Shown one piece after another: positions 1 through 12,872 of a stretch of 64,000 bases of DNA. The position numbers and the translations under genes were made by a program. Under the pieces are notes generated by a model that saw nothing but the letters and a program-made list of their open reading frames with translations, did no database searches and had not been told where the DNA came from. Every line of letters begins with the position of its first letter. Position 1 is the stretch's first letter. Location: assembly GCF_009914755.1 (NCBI RefSeq), contig NC_060940.1; one strand, 5' to 3'. Source of the DNA: the human T2T-CHM13v2.0 reference genome, Homo sapiens.

Positions 1-1129
1 TATATAGACTGTTAGGACCAGTGGGAAGCCCATGGAATTTCTGGAACCTCTTAGTAGTAAAGGACCTTTTAAGAAAATACAGGTGTGTTCAACTAACAGG
101 TTGCCTCCTTCAGGTGAGGTCTATGTTCATGCCATGTAAAAGCTTAGCTTATTCCTAGAGGGTAATGCAAATCCCTTTCCAGACTCCATTTCTAAATAAA
201 TATTATGCCTAGCCAGCCTTAAGATGACATCTCTGAATCTGTGCATTTTAGCATACAGATACATGGCCTGGCAATGTGGCCTATAAGAAGGGTTTCTCTG
301 CTTATGGATAGTCTTGATGTAGGATTAAGATGAATCGTCCCTAGACCACATGCCTTTTCTTATTTCCACTGTGGGGGTGCATTTGTCCATGACTCCGTAT
401 TTGTCTGAGTTTAAGATAGCTAGCAACCACCAAATAGCTAAGAAACTCATTTGTGCTCAAATAATGACCGCCAACAAAAGCCCTTCAGAGAACTGATTTT
501 AGGTATAATGTGGGTCCGCTGCTTGTACTAATCGGTGAACCAATGATTCCTGTAATTCCTTCTTGCATTTTAAAGGCAAGGAAAAAAAGGATTACATTCA
601 CTACAGATTAGGTATAAAATCTCTGGAGACTACCCTTTGCAGAAAGTGGAGAGTTTTATTATTTTTCTTAAAAAGAAGATAATTTAAAAAAAATCTGTAT
701 TAGTAATATTGCCTATCTCTACTGAGTAAAATCATTGGATAATTGTCCAACCTGTAACACTAAATAGTTTTTACTTTTAACTAAACATTATGTGTAATTA
801 TTTTTATATATAAGAATATATAACATGGTAATATATATAAATTCTGAAAACTTGTGTTTTGAATTACATAAGCACTTAGGAAGGAGTTTGAATATGTTCC
901 TTGAAAAGTAGAATTCATGGAGTTTATTTTTGGCCTTTTATGACTATATTTTCCATTGATGTGTTCTCTAAAACTGCTTAGTTATGCAATAGATAGAAGG
1001 CATATTCTGTTGCCAGGAGGAAAATGTAATTATTGACAATAAAGCAAAGACACACAATTCAAAATGTAACGTAAGAAGGTTCTTTATTTCTGTCATTGCA
1101 TTCCTAATGGAATCAACTACACACTAATT

Positions 1130-1930
1130 CATATGAACATTGTAGCCTCTCTTATGCCAGGGCTCCTCTCTTGTTTCTTGTCAGTCCCCTCTTATTCCAT
1201 CCACCACGTGCCTTTTGGCATCACCTTTTGCATCATCTTGCACCCTCAGCCATGGGTTTTTATTTTCAGTCAGTCAGTTTCATCTGGTTTTCTCTTTGAT
1301 GGAGATCAAAAGAAGGGTTTCTGGCTCCTCCAGTTTCTTCCAACGTGATTTTTTTGTAAGAAAAACAGTTCTCTTTTGCTAAAATTGGCCCCTTTTATAG
1401 CATAAATCTGGTATAAGCACTTCTATAATCCAAGATGTGTATGATCCCAAAATTGAAGTAAGGAGAGGGAAGATGAGATGAATACCTCAGAAGAATGTAA
1501 GAGAACCCTACCCTCTACATGAAGTTAATGATAACATGATCACAGTGCAACACATCCAGTATGACTGAGAGGCTAGAAAATGGTTTTTCCCCAACATCCA
1601 TTATAGTATATTAATTGTTTCTATAATTATATTATTTCAACTGCCTAAGAATGTAAATATGTTAAGCAGTTTCTGAGATAAATCCAACATACTTTTTGAT
1701 AAAACTGCTTGTTTATAAGCAGTTGATATCCAACAGGCATCTCCCAAGCTTTCTGGCACAAAAGTAAGTATCTGTTGAATGTCATCACTTGTGGGTAGGT
1801 AGTAGAACATTGATTGAAAGATTTCTGGAATTGTCTTTCCTTCTGCTCTTAAGGGTGGTCCAGTGGTCAAGAATAAAGATGAGTCTGAAGCAATACTTAT
1901 TCTAGAACACAAGCTGATCCAAACTAGCCA
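1130..1930 (-). mobile_element. Probable ancient RTE-clade LINE fossil (L4/RTE-X-like), RT and C-terminal region
   Basis: ORF 1637..1912(-) has LPTSDDIQQI...ESL and terminal FTFLGS, resembling RT motifs (F/Y)ADDIVLI and FxYLGS. Further along the minus strand, ~1240-1180 reads KGDAKRHVVDGIRGD, resembling the RTE RGRPKxRWxDxI motif. Order and spacing fit. Confidence 0.45.
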
Positions 1931-2295
1931 AGCACTGAATTTAGTAAAGGCCTAATATATAATATTTTTATAAAATGCTTATCATAAAGAAAAAGATAAA
2001 GAAAATCATGGTAAAGCATGTGCAAAGGACACTGATACCTTTTTTGAAAACACAAGGAAATAGAAGACAGAGATAGTGATTCACCTTGTCTGCAAGGAGA
2101 AGGAAAGCCACCTGAAAAAAATAAGTGACAAATTCATTATTACCTAGGTTCAGAAGTCATCTGGGTATACATAGCAATAGAAGATGGGTACATTTACTAT
2201 CTATAGGTAATGGGAATACTGGCTTCAAAGGTACAGATAGGAAAAACATTAACCTGAGTCCTGGGAATTCTAAGTTGTTTAAAAATGAAGAACCA

Positions 2296-2686
<391 letters not shown>

Positions 2687-4121
2687 TTAGAAATAAGAAC
2701 AGAATAAAAAAAACCCTTCCGCTTTATTTTTAGATTATTGATGATGATGATGATAGTTACTTGCTATAGAAACATTTGCTTAAAAAAAATTTTTGTGGGG
2801 AAATGAAATAGTGGTGCTGTTGTTGATGTTGAATGGAGACAGTTACATCTCTCTTCTGAAAGTCTGTCGTCTCCTTCCCACTTCCAACATCACCACTACA
2901 TGAAAACTCCCCCTGACTGCCCCAGAAGCATCTTCTGTTCAACCTCTTGGGCTTCTACAGAGCACAGTTTTACACACACCCTTTAGAGCAAAACCACTTT
3001 CAGACTCACTTTTCACATTGGGGAAATGGATTAAGAAAAAGAACTTGAAGGAATAAAAATCCAGCCATTGTATGAGAGAAGCCCCAAGGAAAGTTATTGA
3101 AAACCTAAACCATAAAACTAGTAGTGCCAGGGTAGGAAGAAAAAAGTAGATAGTAAGCAATATGTACTGGATTTGTGATATTTAGTCTAGTTTAACTTTT
3201 TGCAGTGGTGAACAAGAACTAAATAGAAGAATCTAGGCTATCTTTGAAGTTCTTGGCTTGAGGCAAATGGTAGCGTAATTAACCTACTTGCTTGGCCAAT
3301 AAGAAATGGGCATTTCCTTTTGTTATTTTTTTTTCTGCCAAGAAAATTAAAAATTCTCTTTAGTGAATGCAATCAAATTTGCATATTGATTTATTTTATT
3401 TTTTGGGATACATTAAACGGTTTCTTCCTGTTGAGCAGGCACTGTTGCTCACCACAGACTCTGAAAAGACTGCCAAGAGGCATTTGCGTATTTAATGTTC
3501 CTTCAGTTCAAACATACTTAGTCATAATTAAACTCGGTTGAATGGCTTTTAAAAGAAGTTAGTTGTTAATATGATTGGCAGTTTTCTGTGCCTTTGACAA
3601 GATCTAATGAAATATGCCTGTGTGGTCTGCAACACTGACAAATGCTGAGATTTATCTTCTGTGATCTCTATCTAATGTAAATGTGATTATGTTGAATCCT
3701 CTGTTTTCAAGAGGTATGTTATTACTTCCCATTATCTAAATAAGAGTGATAAATATTCAAGATTTTCCTTAGATATAAACAATCTTGAAATTAGTATTCT
3801 TCAACTACTTGTTTTTAATATTAAAGTGAGTATTGTTTTGTAGGAGGAAATAGACAGACATCTTTTGATTTCTTCAAAAGAAGTATTAAGACATTATATA
3901 ACAGAGGTTTCAAATTCATGAAGAGGAGAAAGAAGAGACTGAGAAACTGACACTATAGGCATTACTTTAGGGTAACAAGCATTTAGCTTGCTTGCCACCA
4001 CTAAATGACAACCTTGTGTGTTTGGGAGGTACTAGCTTTCTGGTTCTCTTCTGATAAGTGGGTCGCAGGACTGAAGGCTATACACCATATTCTCCAGCAC
4101 TTCTAAAAACACATGAAAACA

Positions 4122-4344
4122 GCCAGGCACGGCGGCTCACACCTGTAATCCCAGCACTTTGGGAGGCCAAGGCAGGCAGACTGCCTGAGGTCAGGAGTTT
4201 GAGACCAGTCTGGCCAACATGGTGAAACCCCACCTCTACTAAAAATACGAAAAAATTAGCCAGACGTGATGGCACGTGCTTGTAATCCCAGCTACTCGGG
4301 AGGCTGAGGCAGGGGAATTGCTTGAACCAGGGAGGTGGGGGTTG
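4122..4344 (+). mobile_element. AluS, 3'-truncated
   Basis: Left arm plus part of right arm, ending at GGAGGTGGGGGTTG; no tail. Confidence 0.9.
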
Positions 4345-4380
4345 TTAGGCAACTTGGCTATTATAAAAGGAAAGACACCA

Positions 4381-4686
4381 TCCAGGCTTGGTGGCTCATG
4401 CCTGTAATCTCAACACTTTGGGAGGCTGAGGTGGACAGATTACCTGAGGTCAGAAGTTCAAGACCAACCTGACCAACATGGTGATATCCATCTCTAGTAA
4501 AATTACAAAAATTAACCAGGCATGGTGGTGGCTGCCTGTAATCCCAGCTACTCGGGAGGCCAAGGAAGGAGATTCCTTGAACCCAGAAGGTAGAGGTTGC
4601 AGTAAGCTGAGATCACGCCACTGCACTCCAGCCTGGTGACAAAGCGAGACTTCGTCTAAAAAAAAAAAAACAAAAACAAAAAAAAA
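4381..4686 (+). mobile_element. Full-length AluS
   Basis: Two arms with A-rich linker and A/C tail. Confidence 0.93.
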
Positions 4687-5184
4687 ACATGAAAACATAC
4701 ACATCTTTGAAATAAACTTGCAACTTGATTATAAATTGTTCTTTATTATCAATGGTATTACCTACATGAAATAGAAATATCTGTTCAAAATATCAGTATA
4801 GTTTAATGCATTCTACAATTTTGAACAATTTAATTTAATTCTTCTTATTTTCTTGTCTCAACAAATTTGCTGCTGGATTTCTATGCTTTTACCTTGCTCT
4901 GTTGTCTGTCAGCTTAGCCATGGCCAGTTGCCTCCTGCTCCGTGGCAAGAAAGATCACTGACAAGACATTACTGAACCTAAATACCCAACTTTCTGCTAA
5001 GTTTGAGTTAAAATAGCAGACATTGATTAATTATGGAAATAATGACATGGCTGTTCACCCAACACCCAACATAAAACCTGGTCTAGGATTTTTGTATGCC
5101 TCATTCAAACTAAGCTTTGGATTCAAAAGAATTTGCAAGACAAAAAAAAAAAAAAAACATGGAAGAAGTGGTCATGTTCATTCT

Positions 5185-5656
5185 TTTCTATTTTTTTTTA
5201 AACTTAATTTTAAGTTCTGGGATACATATGCAGGACATACAGGTTTGTTACATGAGTCAATGTGTGCCATGGTGGTTTGCTGCACCTATCAACCCATCAC
5301 CTAGGTATTAAGCCCCACCTGCATTAGCTATTTTCCTAATGCTCTCCTTCCCCCAACCCCCATGACAGGTCCAGTGTATGTTGTTTTCCTCCCTGTGTCC
5401 ATGTGTTCTCATTGTTCAGCTCCCACTTATAAGTGAGAACAGGTGGTATTTGTTTTTTTTGTTCCTGTATTAGTTTGCTGAAAAAAAAAATGACTTGCAG
5501 CTCCATCTATGTCACTGCAAAGGACATAATCTTGCTCCTTTTTACGGTTGTGTAGTATTCTATGGTGTATATTACCACATTTTCTTTATCCAGTATATCA
5601 CTGATGGGCATTTGGGTTGATTGCATGTCTTTGCTATTGTGAAGAGTGCTGCAATG
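5185..5656 (-). mobile_element. L1PA (about PA8-PA13) 3' end, 5'-truncated
   Basis: T-rich tail followed by antisense 3'UTR TGTGCCATGGTGGTTTGCTGCACCTATCAACCCATCACCTAGG...GCTATTGTGAAGAGTGCTGCAATGA. Confidence 0.9.
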
Positions 5657-5776
5657 ATTTTCTTTGTTTTCATAAGGAGCACCAGCACATATATTGAATT
5701 GCTTCTTTATTCATCTATTTATTAAGCCATGTTCAAACAAAGCAGAAACAAAAAAACACTTAAGGTTCTTCTATAG

Positions 5777-6009
5777 CAATGGTCTTTAACTGGGGAGGAT
5801 TTTACACCCACCCATTCCTCACCCCCCAATAAGACAACTGGCAATGTCTGGAGACAACTTTGATTATCACAAATGGGGAAGGGAGTGCTACTGGCATCTA
5901 GTGGGGAAAAGCCAAGGATGCTGCTAAACATCCTATAATGCACAGCACAGCTTCCCACAACAATCATCCAACTCAAAATGGCAGCACAGCCATGACTGTG
6001 CAACCTGGC
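5777..6009. mobile_element. MER20 (hAT-Charlie)
   Basis: GGCAATGTCTGGAGACA...TGCTACTGGCATCTAGTGGG...GGATGCTGCTAAACATCCTATAATGCACAG. Confidence 0.88.
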
Positions 6010-6449
6010 TATCTGGGCCTATCTGCTTCAACTTTCCACTCCCAAAGAAGTTGTGGTGTCAATGAAATATGTAGTTTTTGAAGAAAGACACAGTGAATAT
6101 TCAGCAGATTTTCTTTTAAATTGTCTTGTACCCTTGGTCTTTTTCTTTTTCTTTTTTCTTTTTTTTTTTGTGGTGGGGAATGTGTGTGTGTGAAATAGAG
6201 ACATTTTCTCTATACTCTATTTCTGGGCAGTTTTTGTAAAGTTTAAGTGATAAAAGTATTTAAAATATTTATAAGAGTATTTGTCACGTGTTTTAGGTAT
6301 TTTATCTCTATATTTCATTTCAATTATTAGATATTAAGATGGTCTTCACTGTCCTCCAATACATGGGTTACAATGAAGCATTTACTTATTTTTATAGAAA
6401 TTTATTGTAGTTGTACTTGTATGATTCAATATTTGATTTCAGTCTCTCC

Positions 6450-6570
6450 TATATTAAATAATAAGCTCCAATAGGATAGGAACCATTCCTGTTTCTGCTC
6501 ACTATTTTGTCTCATGTATCTTGCACAGTTCCTATATGATAACAGCTACCTAAAATTCGCTGACTTAGAG
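6450..6570 (+). mobile_element. L2 3' end fragment
   Basis: TAAGCTCC..GGATAGGAACCAT..GCACAGTTCCT resembles the L2 tail. Confidence 0.5.
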
Positions 6571-8007
6571 TGTCAGTAAATCAATGATACAATAAATTAT
6601 GAAAACCACTGAATAAGGGAAAGAAGGAAAGAATTTGAAAGGCAATGAAGATCAGGAAGAAAGAATGTAGAAATATTAATCAACAATAAATATATTTTAA
6701 AGATTTAGGTAGTGTGAAAATGACCCTAGTCAAGGCACCTTGGTGCTTGAATTTGATTTCCAGTTTAGACCTGTAATAATTTCATAACTAAGGGTAAATT
6801 TTATAGGACAGAAAATTGTGTTTTCACATTTGAGACTGCATATTAACCCATGGTTTTTGAGAATCAAACAGCAAAGTAGATGTATTCTTTTTAAATTGTC
6901 AAATGCATAGAAATATTGACTGTTACAGTGTCATATTATTTGACATTATGCGAGACACTGAAAACTCCTCAAGTTACAGATGAGGATGCTAAAGCACAGA
7001 GAAATGGGCTGGAATATCTTTAGAATCCCTGAATCTAACATTCTGTAATCTTTTACTCAATAATACTAACATTGGTATAATACCAGAGTTTTTCAGATAT
7101 CTTAATGGAACACTCTTACATACAATGTACTATTTAAAAAATATACTCCAATGGAAAATTTTAAATTTCCAACAAATTTTTAAAAATATATTTTATTTTA
7201 CATAAGATAATGCTTTATTAGAGATGCACATCAAGAAAATAGCTTGATGAATTAATAATTTCTCTTTATTTGCTTATGAGCAGCTCTTGACCTAATCAGA
7301 ATTACAAATGAAAGAGAAAGAATAAGAAAACATTAACATTTTGTGACTTCCAAATTAGGCTTTTGATAAACAAAATGGAATACCTTAAGTGTAATTATAA
7401 TGTAGAACTTATTACATTTATAAAATCAGTTTAGAGGGGCAAAAAAGAACTAGACTGTCCTTCTTTCAGGCCTTGGGAGAGACTTGATGAGGGTAAATTT
7501 AGTTTGCATAGGAAATTTTCTAGAAAAGGATGGGGAAATACAAAGACTATGGAGACAGCAGCATAAAGTGCTGAGCACAATTGCCGGTGCTGAGTCCTAA
7601 GGAAGCAGAAGTTATGCCCTCAGTCTCCATTCCAGGAAGGCATCATGGCCCCGCAGGTCGGGATCAAAGCCAGCACGCCTCCTGAGGCTAGGATTCTTTA
7701 TTTCAGCGCAGCCTCATCCTCAGTTGCCTGCGTATCACTAGTGGATGGTCCAGATGAAGTGACATCATGCATTCTTCAAGATTTCCATGCCCATCAGAAA
7801 TAATCCTGTTCCAACTATCTTGTATGAATACACACCTGCTCATGTCCTGGGGTACTTGTAAAGCCATTTCTATGGTTAAGGCATCCACAAGGCAGTGGCT
7901 GGGACAAAGGAAAGCCCCATCATTCTATGTGGGTGGCACTGAACATCACAGAAAACTCATCCTTTGTAAATACTATTCAATATGATTTCAGATTTCTGAG
8001 ACGTTCT

Positions 8008-8398
8008 TGTATCAATGTGGGCATGTCTATGCAAATCTACCCAAAGTCTAAGATAGCTGAGAGGCCAAAGAGGCTGATAAACACAGTTTCTTAGCAAGAA
8101 ACATGTAAGAGAGAGTTAAAAACAGAAGCCATGTTGTGACTTGGTCAACGGTGAGACAAGATGGTGGATCCCCATGTCATTAACCTCCCAGACCCAGGGA
8201 TTATATACCTTAGAGGAGGGGCACACGTGCTTCAGAGGGAATGGGTAAGAATTTGCCCTAAGGGCAGGATTTAGGGCAAGTAAAGTGTCCTTACAAAAAG
8301 AACAATAAACTGGAAATTTCGGAGGCATTCCTGGAACTCAATTAATCAGGAGTCAATATGGCGGATTAGCATCCAAGATGGAGTTGCTTTAGCTTCCA
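8008..8398 (-). mobile_element. Solo ERV LTR, LTR47-like
   Basis: Minus strand starts GGAAGCTAAAGCAACTCCATCTTGGATGCTAATCCGCCATATTGAC, ~390 bp; octamer ATGCAAAT at 8029-8036. Confidence 0.7.
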
Positions 8399-9201
8399 AA
8401 GTCCTATAATCCTCCAAAAAAACCTAATTAAATGTGGTTAGCATGTTTACAAACTTATTTTCTCTCTCAGAGCAATTATTAAAGGAACCCTCCTATAGAA
8501 ATACTTTTCCTCAGTATTTGGAAAAATGTGGAACAAAATAGTTCCCTCAGCAACTGGAGCCATCTGTTCCTGATGCTGGTTGCCAGTACTACTTTTGATA
8601 TCTCAGTACTCTCATTTGTCCAGCTCTCTGCTCCTGATGCTTTTCTTCCTTACATTCTTACTGAAATGTGTATTGTTTTTTCTTTAAAGCCACATGCCAC
8701 AGTTTTGCAAAAAAGAACTCTGCTCCATTTATCCAGATGTTGGAATCCTGAGTACAGTATCTCCCAAACTGGAATCACGAAGCCATGGATATTAGCAATG
8801 AAATTGAGGACTCAACAAACTATTTTCTGTATTCCACAGCCCAAATTAAAAAAAAAAAAATTATCATAGCTACTAGAGGATAGTCCCATCTTTGAGACTA
8901 TATTCCAGGGTGTTTTAGGGTATGCATGAGAGTTTTATAGAGAAGTGCCACATTTTCTGTTTTAGCAGAAGGATGCGGTTATTTTGGAGAGAGCTAGAAC
9001 TTTGTAACACTGAATTTGAGATGAAAATTGAGATTCTTGTATCCTGGATGCAGGTGAATAGTCTGTTTCGTTTCATCTATTGAAGCATATCAGTGACTAC
9101 AGATCTCAGAGTCAAAACAAGGTGTTTGGGGGGACAATAATTAGAAACTCTCTTTAGCAAAAATATCACTTGGATTATGGGTTTATTATTCCAACATATA
9201 T

Positions 9202-9816
9202 TGTGATAGATAGAATAATACACTCATGATATTTTATGGCTCATCTATCAAGAGGAGCTCATCTATTTTATTATTATTATTATACTTTTTAAGTTTTAGG
9301 GTACATGTGCACAACATGCAGGTTTGTTACATATGTATACATGTGCCAAGTCCAACAATGATAGACTGGATTAAGAAAATGTGGCACATCTATTTTCTTA
9401 TGCCTTGAATATGAGCTGCTCATAGAAGTTGCTTTGACCAACAGAATGTGGTAGAAATGATATCGTTCGACTTTCGAAGCTAGACTTGAAGATTCTTACA
9501 GCTGCGGTTTTCATCTCTTCAAATCGTGACCATCATGCTGTGAATAAGACTGAGATGAAAGCTCATGTAGAGAGGGAGGCCCATAATTCCAGCCATTTTG
9601 TCTGTCCCAGCTGAGATCTCAGACTTGTGAGAGAGGCCTCTCAGACCATCCCACTCCCACTGAGTCACCAGCTGACTGAGTATGCATGAATGAGCGCAGG
9701 TGAGACCAGCAAGAGAACTGCTCAAGCAACTTTAGAATGATGAAGATCATAAACTGTTGTTGTTTTAACCCATTTAGTTTTGAGGTGAATTTTATACAGC
9801 ACTAGCTAATAGAAAA
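9202..9816 (+). mobile_element. MaLR solo LTR, MLT1H/I-like, interrupted by a small L1
   Basis: CTTGAATATGAGCTG..TTGCTTTGACCAACAGAATGTGGTAGAA..; end TGTTGTTTTAACCCATTTAGTTTTGAGGTG. Confidence 0.75.
9270..9389 (-). mobile_element. Tiny 5'-inverted (twin-primed) young L1PA insertion
   Basis: Antisense L1 3' end 9270-9348 plus sense L1 segment GTCCAACAATGATAGACTGGATTAAGAAAATGTGGCACAT; TSD CATCTATTTT at 9260-9269 and 9387-9396. Confidence 0.88.
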
Positions 9817-10839
9817 GTGTTTACAAAATTAATCTTATTAATAAAAGAAATATTTTAAAACATGGGCAAAAGAGATGAGGAATTTAAAAAGACATTTTGA
9901 AGAGACAAATGCTGATGATCCCTGTTTCACAAGCCACTTATATATTAGAAGAGGAAAAAGTGTACACCATCAAAATGCAACTTGGGGCAAGATTTTGGCA
10001 GAAAGTCTAGATTGAAAAGGAAATGTACAATTACACTGAACATGCATATTCATAGGCTTGCCATAACATAAATGTATATAGATAGCTATTTTCTAACATA
10101 TATAAATACAAGGTGTTTTGACAGATATGACAGATATGCATACCTATATATCTATTGCTATCAGTGTTTTTAAAACTAGTATGATGGATGTTCATTTACT
10201 GCATTTCATTATTTTTTAGTCATAGTATACCCAAAGAACAACCGCATCTCGTTTTTAAAATAAGGAAACAATTTTTGCTTTCCTGTTAACCTCTGACAGT
10301 GTAAAGTAAAATGATTCATTAAATACATACTCTATGATTATTTATGAGATGCTAACTAGATATGTGATGTGCTAATTATTAAGAAAATGCACATTTCTAA
10401 CATCTCCAGGTGTCTCTCTAATTCCCCTTTTATCCCCCAGGTGTAGTTGCTCTCCCTCTGAAAGAACTTTAGGGTATTACACAATTTCTGCCGTGCACTA
10501 AAAGAAGTTCAAGAATAAAACTCAAAAAGCCATTACACATTTTAGTTAAGATAATGGTGACTGAGTTCACAAAATAAAAATGAAATAATATTTGCTGTGA
10601 GAAGGAATGAATACTCATAACATTCTTTAGGTAAAAAAAGTTTATCACATAGTGTGAACAGTATGACCCCAATGTTGAAAAAAGGCAACATAAAAAGCTC
10701 AGCAAAAAGATGAGAAGATTATATGTTAAAATAATATTTCAAATATAGAAATTAGTTTTTTTAAAAGTACTTTCTCTCTGTTTTTGTAATATTTCCAAAT
10801 TTTAAACGTAATTATAGGTTGAATATCCCTTTTTCTGGT

Positions 10840-12670
10840 CATGTATTTTCACTTCTTTTGGGTAAATACCAAACATTATAATTGCTGGGCCATATGGAGT
10901 TTGTTTAGTTTAGTAGGAAACTATCAAACTGTCTTCCATAGTGGCCGTGCTATGAGTGTTCTTGAGGCTCCAAATCCTCACCAGCATTTGTTGTCAGTGT
11001 TCTGAATTAGAGCCATTGTAATAGGTGTGTACAGGTATACCATTGTTGTTTTAATTTGCATTTCCTTCATGATATATGATGTAAAACAAATTTTAATATA
11101 CTATTTGTATGTGTATATCTTCTTTGGTAAGAATTTGAGTAAGATTTGTAGCTCTTTTAAGAATTTTTTGTTTGTTTGTTTTTCATTGTTGAGTTTTAAG
11201 AGTTCTTTATGTATTTCGGATAATAATCCCTTATCATATTTTTTGCAAATATTTTCAACCAGTCTGTCATTTGTCATTTTATTCTCTTAACAATATCTTT
11301 CAAAGAGCAGGAGCAGGATTTTTTATTTGAATGAAGTCTAGCTTATCAATTCTTTTTTTCATAGATCATGCTCTTGAAATATAAAGTTATCGCCAAACCT
11401 AAGACCATCTAGATTTTCTTATTTTGCTGTTATCTTCTGAAAGTTGTAAGTTTTGTGCTTTACATTTTGCTCTATGATTTATTTTGAGGAACTTTTGTGA
11501 AGAGGAGTGTTAGGTCTGTGACTAAAATATTTTATTTATATTTTTTGCATGTGCATGTCCAGTAGTTCTTGCACCAGTTGTTGAAAGAACGGTCTTTGCT
11601 CCATTTTATTACCTTCATTCATTTGTCAAAGATCAGTTTACTATATTTATGTGGCTCTATTTCTGGGCTCTCTATTTATTTCTGTTGATTTATTTGTCTT
11701 TCTTTCTTTTTTTTTTCTTTCTTTCTTTTTTTTTTTTGCCAGTGCTACACAGTCTTGGTTACTGTAGCTTTATACTGATTGCTACCCTGAAACTGGGTAG
11801 TGTCAATGCCTCAGTTTTGCTCTTCTTCAGTATTGTGTTGACTATTTTTGGCCTTTTGCTTCTCCATATAAACTTTAGAACTACTTTGTCAATATCTACA
11901 AAATAACTTGGTGGTACTTTGATTGAGATTGCATTAAAAGTATATATCAAGTAGGGAAGAACTGATCTCTTGACAAGATTGAGTCTTCCTATCCAGACAC
12001 ATGGAATAACTCTATTTGGTTCTTTTTTTATTTCTTTCATCAAAGTTTTATAGTTTTTCTTATATAGAGCCTGTACATATTTTCTTAGATTTAAACCTAA
12101 ATATTTCATGTTGGAGAGTGCTAATGTAAATAATATTATGTTATTAGTTTTTAATTTCATTTGTTCATTGCCAGTACATAGAAATGCAATTGACTTTTGT
12201 ATATTAACCTTGTGTCTTTCAATCTTTCTGTAAACACTTATTAGTTCTGGGAGTTATATTGGTTGGTTCTTTTGTATTTTCTACATAAAGGATCATTTTG
12301 CCTTTAAACAAAGAAAGTTTCACTTCTTCTTTTCCAGTTTATATACCTTTTCTTATCTTGTCTTACTGCATTAGTCACAACTTTTAATACAATGTTGAAA
12401 AGCAAGGGCAAGAGGGGTTATACTTCCCTTGTTCTTAAATTTAGTGTAAAAGTTTTTAGTTTCTCATCATTGAGTATGATGTTAACTATATGTTTTTTGT
12501 TGATAATCTTTACTAAATTGAGAAAGTTTCTCTCTAGCCATAGTTTACTTAGATTTTGTCTTGAATATGTATTGTTTTGTCAAATGATTTTTTGCATCTA
12601 TTGATATAAACATTCAATTTTTCTTATTTAGCCTATTGATGTGATAGATTACACTAATTGGTTTCTGTAA
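10840..12670 (-). mobile_element. Old L1M (L1MC-like) ORF2 3' region
   Basis: ORF 11759..12160(-) MKYLGLNL...IPCVWIGRLNLVKRSVLPYLIYTFNAISIKVP matches L1 ORF2p. Confidence 0.88.
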
Positions 12671-12744
12671 TGTAAGTTTTAATTCTAATAATTTTGGAAA
12701 CTTTAAGTTTGTTTCTCTAATTACCTAACTAATGTGTAATGACT

Positions 12745-12872
12745 ACTAGTACATTGACTGTAAGTTCCGTGAAGTCAGGACAATGTTTCTTTCTGCTCAT
12801 GATTTGTCACCAGTGGCAAGCAAAAAATTGAAAGGTGATAGATAATCAGTAGATATTTGTTGAATAAATGTA
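12745..12872 (+). mobile_element. L2 3' end
   Basis: GACTGTAAGTTCCGTGAAGTCAGGAC...ATATTTGTTGAATAAATG. Confidence 0.65.
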
